Source: Octopus vulgaris
Lineage: Eukaryota
Direction: 5' to 3'
Assembly (NCBI GenBank): GCA_951406725.2
Contig: OX597821.1
Span: forward strand, 58,838,001 to 58,902,000
Length of the DNA stretch: 64,000 nt
The position numbers and the translations under genes were made by a program. How positions within the stretch are numbered: position 1 is the stretch's first letter; every line of letters starts with the position of its first letter. A model generated the notes under the pieces. That model worked only from the letters and a program-made list of their open reading frames with translations. It ran no database searches and was not told the origin of the DNA. This document shows, in pieces, positions 50,085-62,242 of the stretch.

Positions 50085-50969
50085 TAATTTTAGCATCCAC
50101 TTTTCCATGCTTGCATGGGTCAGATGGAATTCAATCTGCCATTCACTCTTAGAGTGAATGGCATATTGAGCAACACACACAACGCCCAGTCTGGGAATTG
50201 AAACAGCGAGTCCGCTGCCCTAACCACTGGGCCATTGCGCCTCTACTTTTGGAGGTACAGTGTTCAGAAACTCCAATGGAGTTTTTATTTCACTTAGAGA
50301 TACTAGTTGGTAGTTCTCGTATATTGTGTCTAAAGGATACAATAGACAGCTGAGGAAAGATTTATTTAAAACAAGGATATTGTTTCTGAAATACGTTGGT
50401 AATTTTCATGCAGTACTTTTGAAATACCATTGAAATTTCGGTGCCAGTGAAATTTTTGTGCCAGTTAATCACCAAAGGAATTCAGTCATAAATTTTACTT
50501 TGATTGCTATAATTAGTCATGAAAGTGACTTTCATTGCTAATTTTAGCTTTGTCATTTGCAATTTCTTTAAATTGTGACTCACTATAACAATGTTTGACA
50601 TGATGGCACAGAAAAATCATTTGCATGTGTCCAATAAACTCCTGTGTCTGTACCAATTTGTTTTATTCCCAAGAACTGGGGCTTTGGATTCGACTTAATT
50701 GTATGATATGGATGTTTGGAGCAGCAGTGAAGTTAAGTGTGGGATGACATGGGTTAGCAGAATAACTGTCACTATGTGACATTTCAAAAACTTAATTTTT
50801 GTGTTAAAAAAATTGATGCTACTTTTTTGGAATACTTGATGACTTTTATTGCTGGATTTGAAGCCATAGTTATGTGGGAAGCTGTCATAGAAATGCAAAA
50901 ACTTAAATAAACTATTCTGTATTCCTTCTCAGACAAACAAGATGTCATTAGTGAACTGTAACCAGAGTA

Positions 50970-51157
50970 CAGTAATCCCTTGCTGTATTGCGGTTCACCT
51001 ATCACAGTTTATTATTTAAGCTTATGTCAATTCCTCCGTGGTGTTGTTTTGCATTTCTAATAAAAAAAAAGAAAAAAAATTATAAAAATAATTTTAAAAA
51101 AACATAGAGTACAGGGGTTTTTGGAACATAACACCAATGATAGTCGAGGAATTACTG
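50970..51157. mobile_element. Tigger/pogo-like MITE
   Basis: TA-cagtaatccct ... aggaattactg termini. Confidence 0.55.
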
Positions 51158-51507
51158 TGTTGGTTCATGACCATGAAGCGATCTGAATGTCTCTACAGAC
51201 TGTATCTCAACTTTTGTCGTGAAGACGTTGGTGAAATTAACTGTCATGGGGACACCCATGATACATCCCCTGTTTGATGGCAACATTTTGGTCGAAACTT
51301 CATTGTGATAAAAAGTAACACAAATTTCAGAAATTTACAGAGAAAATTAGACAGACTATTCTTGTTTGCTTTTCAAAGGCATTCATGCATTCATGCACCT
51401 GTTAATTATTGATTTTCGAAACAAAACACCCACTTTTTATTGTGTATTAACCTTTATGAAGTGTTATACCAATCTTCACAAATCATTACTATTATCATTA
51501 TCATTTT

Positions 51508-51900
51508 TAAGGGGATGAGCTGGTGGTATCATTAGCATGTCGGCTAAAATGCTTAGCAGCATTATGTCTGCCTTTACATTCTGATTTCAAAGTCCACCAT
51601 GGTCAACTTTACCTTTAAACCTTTTGTGGTCAATAAAATAAGTACTAGTTGAGAACTGGGGTCAATATAATCATCTGACCTCCTTCCCCCAAATTTCTGG
51701 CTTAGTGCCAAAATGCTTAGTGACATTTTGTCTGTCCCTACATTCTGAGTTCAAATTCCACCGAGGTCAACTTTACCTTTTATCCTTTTGGGGTTGATGA
51801 AATAAGTACCAGTTACACACTGGGGTTGATGTAAGCAACCAGCATCCTTCCCAAGAATTTCAGGCCTTGTGCCTATGGTAGAAAGGATTATTATTACTAT
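51508..51900 (+). mobile_element. Tandem SINE family A (dimer), (ATT)n tail
   Basis: Two successive aaaatgcttag...ttcaaattccaccgaggtcaacttt bodies. Confidence 0.75.
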
Positions 51901-52871
51901 TATTATTATTGAGTGAGAGACCAGCACATGCCATCAAAGTGACACTGCGGTACAAATACACAAAGCTCAATATACCCATCATGACTATCTGTCTGATAAG
52001 GGTACACCAGGCACAATCATATGTTTTTAAAGTAGGCACAATATCAGAAATTTGGAATGAGAACTTAATTGAATATATTGATTCTAGTTTGTGGTATTTT
52101 ATTTTATCAACACTGAAAGGATGAAAGGCAAAGTTGACCTAAGCAGGACAACGTTGTTTTCCATACTTCTGAGGTGAAATGATGATGATGATGAAGAAGA
52201 AGAGGGAGGCCTAGGAAGAAATGGAACAAAGTACTGAAGGTTAGTATCAAAATGTTGAGCTTCATGGAGGGGATGACAAAAAATCTAGATAATTGGCAAT
52301 TCACTGTGCTCAAAAAGACCTGTCCATCCCAGCGAAAGTGAGTTCCTAAAGTCATTAGATTTATGCCTGTACATTCTGGGTCTTGCCTTTCCACCTACTC
52401 AGTTTCCATTAAACATTCCTTACATTTCCTTTTCCTAACATCCATCCCTCTATCACTCTTCTAACTATGACACTATTCAACTGCTGTAATCATTTGACAA
52501 TACAATTAGCACATATTTCATCCTCCTTTTGCAGTACTAGTTATCTCTTCTGCTCTAATAAGCAAGCTCACTTTCCAGATGACACACAGATTTCATTTTG
52601 TACCCTAAATCACTAACTTATTAAATATTCTTTTGCCATACCCTTGGATTCTAACCTTTTTCACTGTTTGGAACTTTTTGCTGTAACTCTCAGAACATCA
52701 GCATATAAATTTTCAAGAAAGTGGTACAATTCATAAACATCAAAACCTGAGATTTTGTAGTGTGTCATAAGTTGTTATGAGTGGAAGATACTTCAGAATA
52801 AGTTGAATTACTCAAATGTTCTTCTTGTGAGTGTTGATGTGTTTTCTATAGAAACCACATGAAAGTTATAT

Positions 52872-52903
<32 letters not shown>

Positions 52904-53202
52904 TTAGTATCTACTTTCCATGTTGGCATGGGTTGGACCTCTGGCATTAGCTTAATATCATTATTATCATTATTATTATTATCATTATTATTATTATTAG
53001 TAGTAGTAGTAGTGGTGGTGGTGGTGGTGGTGGTGGTGGTGGTGGTGGTAGTAGTAGTAGTAGTGTTATTATCATTATTGCTGAGGTTGACTTTGCCTTT
53101 CACCCTTTCAAGGTCAATAAAAGAAGTACCAGTTGAACACTGGGGTCGATGTAATTGACTTACCCCCTCCACCAAAATTGCTGGCCTTGTGCCATAATTT
53201 GA

Positions 53203-53539
53203 GGGCTGAGGTTTTGCTTTCAGTCATGTTTGTTTGTTTGTTCATGGACCAGATATCTCAAGAGCCACTGGATGGATTTGGATGAAACTTTCAGAGATGT
53301 TTGTCCTTGTGACTAGCATGGACTGATTATATTTTGGGATTGATCCAGTACAAGGATTCAGGATTATTTTTCTTATTTTTTTATTTAATTTTGGGGAGTG
53401 GTCAGGTTCATTTTTAGTACTTTTGTTTGTGAGTACAGTCAAGTTTATTTCAGATATTCTCATTTTAAAAATCATCTTTGGCTAATCGTTGAGAAGACAT
53501 TGGTGTTGCCTTGGTGGAGGTTTGCACTCTCTGAGTGCT
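53203..53539 (+). mobile_element. Non-autonomous Helentron (HINE/DINE-like)
   Basis: (TTTG)n after the head, ggatttggatgaaacttt, 3' ccttggtggagg then hairpin gcactctctgagtgc. Confidence 0.65.
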
Positions 53540-53548
53540 ATTATTATT

Positions 53549-53592
<44 letters not shown>

Positions 53593-53606
53593 TATCATCA
53601 TCATCA

Positions 53607-53689
<83 letters not shown>
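53540..53689. repeat. (CAT)n/(ATT)n microsatellite
   Basis: Directly visible. Confidence 0.95.
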
Positions 53690-54265
53690 GAGTGAGAGAG
53701 CAGAGTATGAAATAAAAGTGACAATGGGGTAAAATATACGAAGCCCAGTATCCACATCATGACTACTCATCTGATAACGGTACACTAGCCACATGCATCA
53801 CAACCATATGTGTGCGACATAGTGATTTCACATAGAGATAAATAGTGCATGACCTTGCAGGTGGGGCCCCGTTAGGATTTTCTTCAGGTCGAGTAGCCCA
53901 TCCTGCTCAAAAAGTCCCTGAATAAGGCTTGTTTAAGGATGTTGGATGAAACACCCATGTTTCCAGAGGGGAATTATTCAAACCCCAAAGAATTCCTCTC
54001 AACACATGGCTATGATGCTCCCCCACTACTTCTGCACATGATCAGAGATGCACATATCGTCAGCCACTAAGGGATATGCTCAACTGGTTAAGGTCAAACA
54101 ACTGACAAGCAAATCTGTGGTATTAAGCAGAATATTTGCTGCAGCCCATTCTTTATACCAAAACAAAATAATATACATGATAATACTTCCAATTAGTTAA
54201 GACCAGAAGCCATGAGAGCCACTGCTTGGTACTGCATCAAGGCATTATACTGCATCAGGGCATTA
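53689..54265 (-). mobile_element. Unclassified retroposon with (AAT)n tail
   Basis: Same terminus at 51909-52015; both abut (ATT)n. Confidence 0.45.
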
Positions 54266-54282
54266 TTATTATTACTATTATT

Positions 54283-54500
54283 AAAGTGGCAAGCTGGCAG
54301 AATTGATAGCATGCTGGGCAAAATGCTTAGTGGTATTTCACCTGTCACTAAGTTCTGAGTTCAAATTCTGCTGTGGTCAACTTTATCTTTCATCCTTTCA
54401 GGGTCAGTAAATTAAGTACCAGTTGATTACTGGAGTTGATGTAATCGACTATCGCCCTCTCCCAAATTTCAGGCCATTTTGCCTATAACAGAAAGGATTA
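54283..54500 (+). mobile_element. SINE family A, (ATT)n tail type (further copies 55435-55652 minus; 56335-56566 minus with L1-like tail)
   Basis: Family head, core and tail. Confidence 0.8.
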
Positions 54501-54639
54501 TTGGATTATTATAGTGCATGACCTATTATTATTATTATTATTTATTGTCTTTGCACAGCTTCTAATGCTGGAGACAGTACCACCACACACATGCATGTAC
54601 ACACACACACACACACGCACACACTCACACACACACATA

Positions 54640-54673
<34 letters not shown>

Positions 54674-55661
54674 TAAATACACTTGTGATTTGGTTCATTC
54701 TGTTTTCTCACCAAATCCACTCACAAAGCTCTGATCGGCCTGTGGCTATAGTAGAAGAGACTTGCCTAAGGTGCTATGCAGTGGGACTGAACCTGAAGCC
54801 ATGCATGTGGTTTGGAAGCAAACTCATTACTACACAACCATGCTTGAAGATATCATCATCATCATCATCATCATTATTTAATGTCTGTTGTCCATGCTGG
54901 CATGGGTTGGACTATTTGACTGGGCTGGCACGCTGGAAGGCTGCACCAGACTCCAGTCTGATTTGGCATGGTTTTCTACAGCTGGACACCCTTCCTAACG
55001 CCAACCACTCTGAGCGTGTAATGGGTGCTTTTACGTGCCATTTACATGACACTGGTGTGCATTTATGTGCCACCAGCACAGGTGCCTTTTGTGTGACACC
55101 AGTATCTACCACAACTGTGATTTTGCTCAGCTTGATGAGACTTCTTCTCAACCATGACATAATGCCAAAGGTCTCAGTCATTGCCTCTGTGAGGCCCAAC
55201 ACTCGAAAGGAACTCAGCCACCTTGCTTCTGTGAAGCCTGAGTTTACAGGAATATATTATCCTGGTGGTTACCATGTTTCCTCTTAATTTAGTTTCAAAT
55301 ACTGGCTAACCACAACAGTCCTTTTGCAATACCCAAATTAGCAATAATCTGCTAGACTCTGGTAACTATTCTTGCTTGGTAAATCTGAATGTCCTATTCA
55401 GGACTGCATAGTTTCTGTAGGGTAACAATATTAATAATTCTTTCTACTATAGGCACCAGGCTTGAAATTTTGGGGGAGGGGACAAGTCGATCACATTGAC
55501 CTCAGTGTTTCACTGGTACTTAATTTATTGACCCTGAAAGGATAAAAGGCAAGTCAACCTCAACGGAATTTGAACTCAGAACAAAGCAAAAGGTGAAGTA
55601 CCACTAAGCATTTTGTTTGGTGTGCTAATGATTCAGCCAGCTTGCCACCTTAAGTAGTAGC

Positions 55662-56119
55662 ATTAATAATGATATGGAGAAAGGAGATTTTTCACATCCA
55701 TAATTCTGTTTAACAGTTATTTACAGTATCCTTTTCTGGACCTACGTGTGTTTCAACCACAACGACTGCACACTTTTAAATATGCAACCTGGTGTCATGA
55801 TTGGTGCAGTTTCATCAGGGTCCTTATTTACTGCTGTTTCAAAGTGAAACTGAAGGAATCAGCAACTGAATAAATAAAGTGCTTTTTTTAGGAGGTATTG
55901 GTCTATTCATTCAGTTTTCTGATTCCTTCAGTTTCACTTCAAAACGGCAGTAAATAAAGATCCCGATGAAACTGCACCAACCATGACACCAGGTCGCATA
56001 TTTAACAGTGTGCAGTCGATGCAATCAAAATGTACATAGGTCCAGAAAATAATGCTGTTAATAACTGTTTAATAAAATTATGGATGTGAAAAATCTCCAT
56101 TCTCCTTATCGTTATTAAT
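55662..56119. mobile_element. Penelope-like fold-back, ~215-bp arms (55662-55876 / 55904-56119)
   Basis: Diverged inverted arms, each with a hammerhead motif. Confidence 0.7.
55738..55823 (-). ncRNA. Minimal type I hammerhead ribozyme, canonical core
   Basis: ggacc-CTGATGA-aactgca...tgtggtt-GAAA-cacacg-TA-ggtcc. Confidence 0.75.
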
Positions 56120-58424
56120 ATGTATGTGTGTGTGTATGTATGTATGTATGTATGTATGTATGTATGTATGTATGTATGTATGTATGTATGTATGTATGTA
56201 TACATGTGTATGATGTACATATGTATGTATGTAAGCATATAGATATACATACATATACAATATTATCAGTGGAAGGCTTACTGGTATCTTATGAATTACA
56301 GAATATTACTCTACCTTTTCTTTATCATTGAATATTTATTCCTTTATTGCCCAAGGGGGCTAAACATAGAAGGGACAAACAAGGACAGACAAAGGGATTA
56401 AGTCGATTACATTGACCCCAGTGTGTAACTGGTACTTAATTTTTCAACCCCGAAAGGATGAAAGGCAAAGTTGACCTTGGCAGAATTTGAACTCAGAATG
56501 TAACGGCAGACGAAATACCGCTAAGCATTTCACCTGGCGTGCTGACAATTCTGCCAGCTCACCGTTCTATCATTGAATATTGAAATAGCAGTGTCCTCTA
56601 CAAAACACACACTTACACATACACACACATGCACACACTACACCACACATGCACACACACACACACTCACACACACACACCACACACACAAACACACACA
56701 AACACACACACGCACACACTCCCACTACACCACACCCACCCACATATATAAGCATGTATGAAAACTTCAAAATTGATTAATTAAAAGTATTTGAGATGAG
56801 GGTATGTATAATAGAGTGGAGAGTCAGTGTGATTTGGCTAAAATAGAGACAACTTTAGACATGTTCAACCTTATTAGATTTCCTCAGCAAAGCAAAGTCA
56901 TTAACTTTACTGCGAGACAAATATGCCTTGAGAGAAATATGTTTCATAGATAAGCCTTGGTAGTATAGTGGTAAGTATCCCTGCCAGACTGGGGTTCAAT
57001 TCCTTGTGCTGGTGCCACATAAAAGGCACCCATGCTGGTACCACATAAAAAGTACCCAATATATGCTGTAAAGTGGTTGGCATTAAGAAGGGCATCCAAC
57101 CACAGAAACCATGCCAAAACAGACAATTAGAGCCTGGTGGAGCTCTCTGGCTTGCCAGCTCCTGTCAAACCCTCCAACCCATGCCAGTGTGGAAAGCGAA
57201 CATTAAAGGAGGAGGAGTATGATGATGATGGTGGCGATGACGACGACGGCGATCATGATGGTGTTGGTGGTTGTGGTGGGGGTGGGGACTTATTTTTTTT
57301 TAATGATGGTGCGCCAGCATGGCCATAACCTTTGGGCTGGAACACATAAAAAAAATAAACATTGATAGCTGGATAACTTTTAAAAAAATGGCAATGGAAA
57401 GTGCACACATTATATTTTTAATTTATTTTAATTAATTAAAAAGATAGGGCTGTCTTCTCCGCCTTTCTAGATTAGAATTGATCATTAAGATAATGAACAT
57501 TTCACCGCACCTCACTACAAGAGTAATATGAATTAATTAAAAATTCTTGATTCGTTATGTTAAGTATATTAGCTGTGATCTTATTTGTTTTTCATGTAGT
57601 GTGTGTCCCTGGGAAGAATGAGACAACTGGGTGTAGCTGTTTGGGCAGTGATGAATTGGCATGGCTGAGTGAACACTCAGGTTATTTTAGTGACAGTACT
57701 TTTTGGTCCTGGATACACATGCGTGTGCACACACACACACACATGTGTGTGTGTGTCTGTGTGTGCATGTGCAGAAATATACACATACACACATACAGAT
57801 AGAGAGAGTAAGAGAGAAACAAAGAGAGAGGGACATTACATATACATAAAAACATTACTAGATGCTCACACACACACACATACACACACACACACACACA
57901 CAGAGACAGAGAGGGGGAGAGAGAAAGAGAAAGAGATATTTTGACAGGCCTCAGTCAAACTGTCCAACCCATGCCAACATAGAAAACGGATGTTAAACAA
58001 TGATGATGATGATCATCACACACACACACACACACAAGCCACTATGTTTATGATTTTAACAATAAATACACTGTACATAGTATTCATGCATGTCTCAAGA
58101 CGTAACCGAAAAGTTTGACTTTCAAGTGTGCATCTAGCCATAAAACGATCATGCAAAGTCCTGCCCTTCCCCTCAACTAATTTCAGTTTAGAAAGGTAGA
58201 TGCAAAAATGATGATGAACGATAAAAAAAATGAGTTTAGGATTTTTCTCCCTTTCCATTCTTTACCAGAATTAATCATTAAGCTAATGAATTTTTTTCCC
58301 TTCTATAATCAATCTAAAGTGTACTTTTAATTAATTCCTATTCCTTCACTCTCTAGATTAAGTATGTGAGCACCTAGTTTACCAAAGAATTAAGTGACTT
58401 TAACACATGCACACATGCGCACGC

Positions 58425-58456
<32 letters not shown>

Positions 58457-59139
58457 GCCCACCACACACACACACACACAACACTTCACAGGACCAGTGA
58501 CAGAATACAAACGAAACCAACAACAAGCCTTCAGCTAAATGCTGACACTTAATTCATTCTGTCAGTTACAACTCCTCTGTTTGACATGAGCTTATTTGCA
58601 TAAATTTTGTATAGATTTACTTTACAATTATATTATGTTTTTATCGTTAGACAAAATGGAATTGAATATGAAAGTGCCGACAAGAGAAAATAATATTTTC
58701 ATTGGTAGAAATAACTTGCTAAAGCAAGTGATTAATGCCTGTTCCTTAAATTACTTTAAAATTAGGTTGGGCCAGTAATGGGAAAGTTATTTCAAATGGA
58801 TTCTGTTTCCAACATGATGCTACTGTAATCAACATCAATAAGTTGCACCAATGTAATGGCAAGGCTAGTGTTTGTTATTGTTTAACCTTGGGTCAGCTCG
58901 GATTAAACAAACCAATGTTCAAAAGTGTTCCAGCTAGGAACATACTGTCTTTTAAGAATATGTTATCCATATTTAAGAATTCATTATTTAATGTATTCTT
59001 CTCTTTTTCAATTTTAATCTAATTCTAATGGAGGTTTGGCTACTGTTTCTAGTAGATCTAGAAACCACATAAAGTTCCGCTTCCCAGGTCAGTTATTGTT
59101 GTATGATGGTGGTGTAATTTCTCAGCATAAAGGGAGAAA

Positions 59140-59582
59140 GGATCTTTTCGGTTTGAACGGCAGTTTTTTAAAATAATTTCCATGTAACTAAACACTTACT
59201 GGTAGAATGTGCTTATAAAACATCTTTTTCTCTTGGCTTTATTGAGAAAATTCTATAGTTTGTAAGATATTTGTTGTTTTTTTTCTTCAATTTCTGCAAT
59301 TTCAACCAATCAATGACGTCTATTGAGGTGAAAACATTCTGTGCTGTATGAAAATGTCCCTCGTTTAAGAAACAGATTGGGTTTATTTGCATTTCTGAAG
59401 AAAAAAAGATACCCTTCCCCCACCCCTAACCCTAACTAACCCTAACTCTAACCCTAACCCTAACTCTAATCCTAATCCTAAAATAGATTGAAATGCAATA
59501 GATCGATACTAGGGTCATAATTATGGGTGACAATTTCATATGACACCACTAGAAAAAACTGCCATTCAAACCGAAAAGATCC
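59140..59582. mobile_element. MITE with 29-bp GG-starting TIRs and 8-bp TSD (Merlin-like), containing (CCCTAA)n
   Basis: ggatcttttcggtttgaacggcagttttt / aaaaactgccattcaaaccgaaaagatcc; TSD gggagaaa exact on both sides. Confidence 0.85.
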
Positions 59583-59884
59583 GGGAGAAAGAAGACATAA
59601 TTAAAATAACTGGGCATACAGCTGTATAGTTAAGCAGCTTGTTTTGCATCCACATAGTGCAACAAACCTGTATTCTTTTATTCTTTTATTTGTTTCAGTC
59701 ACTTCATTGAGGTCATGCTGGAGCACTGCCTTTAGTCGAACAAATTGATCCCCAGGACTTATTCTTTGTAAGCCTAGTACTTATTTTATTGGCCTCTTTT
59801 GCCGAACCAAGTTATGTGAACATAAACACATGAACATTGGTTGTCAAGTGATGGTGGGTGGGGGACAAACACAGACACACAAAC

Positions 59885-59927
<43 letters not shown>

Positions 59928-59928
<1 letters not shown>

Positions 59929-61226
59929 GAGGGACGTTCAATAAGTAATGACTCTGACCCACTTGCAGTTGTTTGATCTAGCTGTTGTTTGATCTAAATT
60001 TTGCATGTGCAATCATTTATATCTCTACAGAGTAAGTGGCAAATTACAGCTCTGAATTAATTGTGGTTTCTGATTTACAGGTGTTTGAACCGAGTCAAGT
60101 GTGAAATGGAGCCTGTTGAGTGTCGAGCAGTGATCCGGTTTTTGTATTTGAAAGGACGCACACCACGGGAGACTTTTGATGAAATGAAAGTAACTTATGG
60201 TAATGATGCTCCATCATATGACCTTGTAAAACGCTGGCATCGTGAATTCAAATATGGTCGGAACTCTGTGGAAACAGCTCCCAGATCTGGTCGCCCCCTT
60301 CTGCCATTGATGAGGCATCTGTCCGTCAAGTTGAGGCTGCCATTTTGGAAGATCGACGCATAATTATTCGCCAAATAGCCCATGAGGTCAAGATTAGTAC
60401 CAGGTCTGTGGAAACTATCATTCATGACCATTTGCATATGCAAAAGGCGTCTGCCAGATGGATTCCCAGGCTGCTCACACCTTTCCAGAAGCAAGAACGC
60501 GTCAAGTGCTCGATGGTGAATTTGGAGATGTGCCAAGAAGATGAGTCAAAATTTTTCAAAAGACTGATTACACAGGATGAAACCTGGGTCCATCACGATG
60601 ATCCAGAGATCAAAGCCCAGTCAATGCTGTGGAAGCACCGTGACTCACCCCTCCAAAGAAGGCAAGGGTGCAGCCCTCCGCTGGCAAGGTCATGCTCACA
60701 GTCTTCTGGGACCAGGACGGAGTAGTGATGACAGATTTCCTGGCAAAGGGTACCACAATTGCAGGAGCCTATTATGCTTCACTTTTGAGGAAATTAAGAG
60801 AAGTTATCAAAATCAAGAGGTGGGGCAAGATCAGCAAAGGCATCCTCCTCCTGCAGGACAACGCTCCGGTCCACAACTCGCTTGTCACCAGATCAGAAGC
60901 ACAGGCGTATGGCTATGAACTCCTCCCCATCCCCCTACTTTCCTGACCTTGCACCCTCTGATTTTCACCTCTTCCCAATCATGAAGTTGTTTTTGAAAGG
61001 AAAGCGTTTCCCAGATGATGCAGCCTTGATTTCTGAAGTCACGTTGAGGTTGGAGGACCAAGCTGGGTTCTTCTACAAAAACGGTCTCCAGAGCCGCATC
61101 AAACGATGGGAGAAATGCGTAACTCTGAGTGGTTCCTATGTAGAAAAAGACTAATAACTGTGCCAAGTTTCGTTGCTCTACGGCTATGAGAAGTGGGTCA
61201 GGGGCATTACTTATTGAACGCCCCTC

Positions 61227-61227
<1 letters not shown>
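59928..61227 (+). mobile_element. Full-length mariner transposon (1300 bp), TA TSD
   Basis: ~37-bp TIRs cgagggacgttcaataagtaatg / cattacttattgaacgcccctcg. Confidence 0.95.
60106..61154 (+). pseudogene. Mariner DD34D-type transposase, three frameshifts
   Basis: WIPRLL, ITQDETWVHH, LLQDNAPVH, PYFPDLAPSDFHLF; frame changes near 60300, 60650 and 60930. Confidence 0.92.
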
Positions 61228-61259
<32 letters not shown>

Positions 61260-61327
61260 AAATGAGAAAATGGAGAAATATATCTAAATCAATCATCAAC
61301 TATCAGATAATACCGAATCAACCCCTA

Positions 61328-61386
<59 letters not shown>

Positions 61387-62030
61387 CGATGGGCTTCTTT
61401 CAGTTTTCATCTGCCAAATCCAGTTACAAGGCTTTGGTTGACCTGAGGCTATAGTAGAAGACACTTGTCCAAGGTGCCACACAGCAGGACTGAATCCGGA
61501 ACCATGTGGTTGGTAAGCAAACTACTTACCACATAGCCACTCTGCCTATATCATACATGCGTGTGTGTGTGTGTGTGTGTGTGTGTACATGTGTAAAACA
61601 GGTTTCTGCATAGTTTCCATCTACTATATTCACTCACAAAGCATTTTTGGCCTGGGGCTACACTAAAAGATACCTACCCATGGTGCTGCAGAACATGACT
61701 GAACCTGAAACCACATGGGTGCAAAGCAAACTTCTTAACAACGCAATTACATGCCTAGTTACTAGCAAAGGTGCATGGCCTTGTGGTTAGGCTGTTGCAC
61801 TCACGATCACTAGTTCTTAGGTTCAGTTCCCAGACTGGGCAGCACATTGTGTTCTTGAGCTAAACACTAAAACGCTTCATTTCACATTTCCCAGGATCTC
61901 CTTTCAATCATGGGGGAATGTTGGCCTGCTCACCTAGCCAGTGGGTGGGAGGCATCATTCAAAGACTAAAACAATGCTAAGAGCATTGTGACCAGTGATG
62001 TACAACAACATCTGATAGTCTGGTTAGTCA

Positions 62031-62070
<40 letters not shown>

Positions 62071-62242
62071 CATACACACCCATACACACCCACACACACA
62101 TACACATTGCCTGTAGAATTTCCATCACAACTGTCTGACAAATGGGAAAGAGAAATTTAATTAACAGTTCTGTGATAATTTTGCAGCTATAATAAAAAGT
62201 ATGTATGTATATATATAAATACATACTTTATATTTATATATA

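Larger units (their letters stand above)
59675..61550 (-). mobile_element. SINE family B split by a mariner insertion
   Basis: Tail half 59675-59890, head half 61385-61550. Confidence 0.8.

Noticed and set aside
54514-55287. 257-aa ORF with signal-peptide-like start
   Set aside because: Chimera of (ATT)n, (CA)n, antisense SINE B and antisense RTE UTR.
59424-59481. True telomere or chromosome-fusion scar
   Set aside because: Short, degenerate, single orientation and enclosed by TIRs and a TSD.
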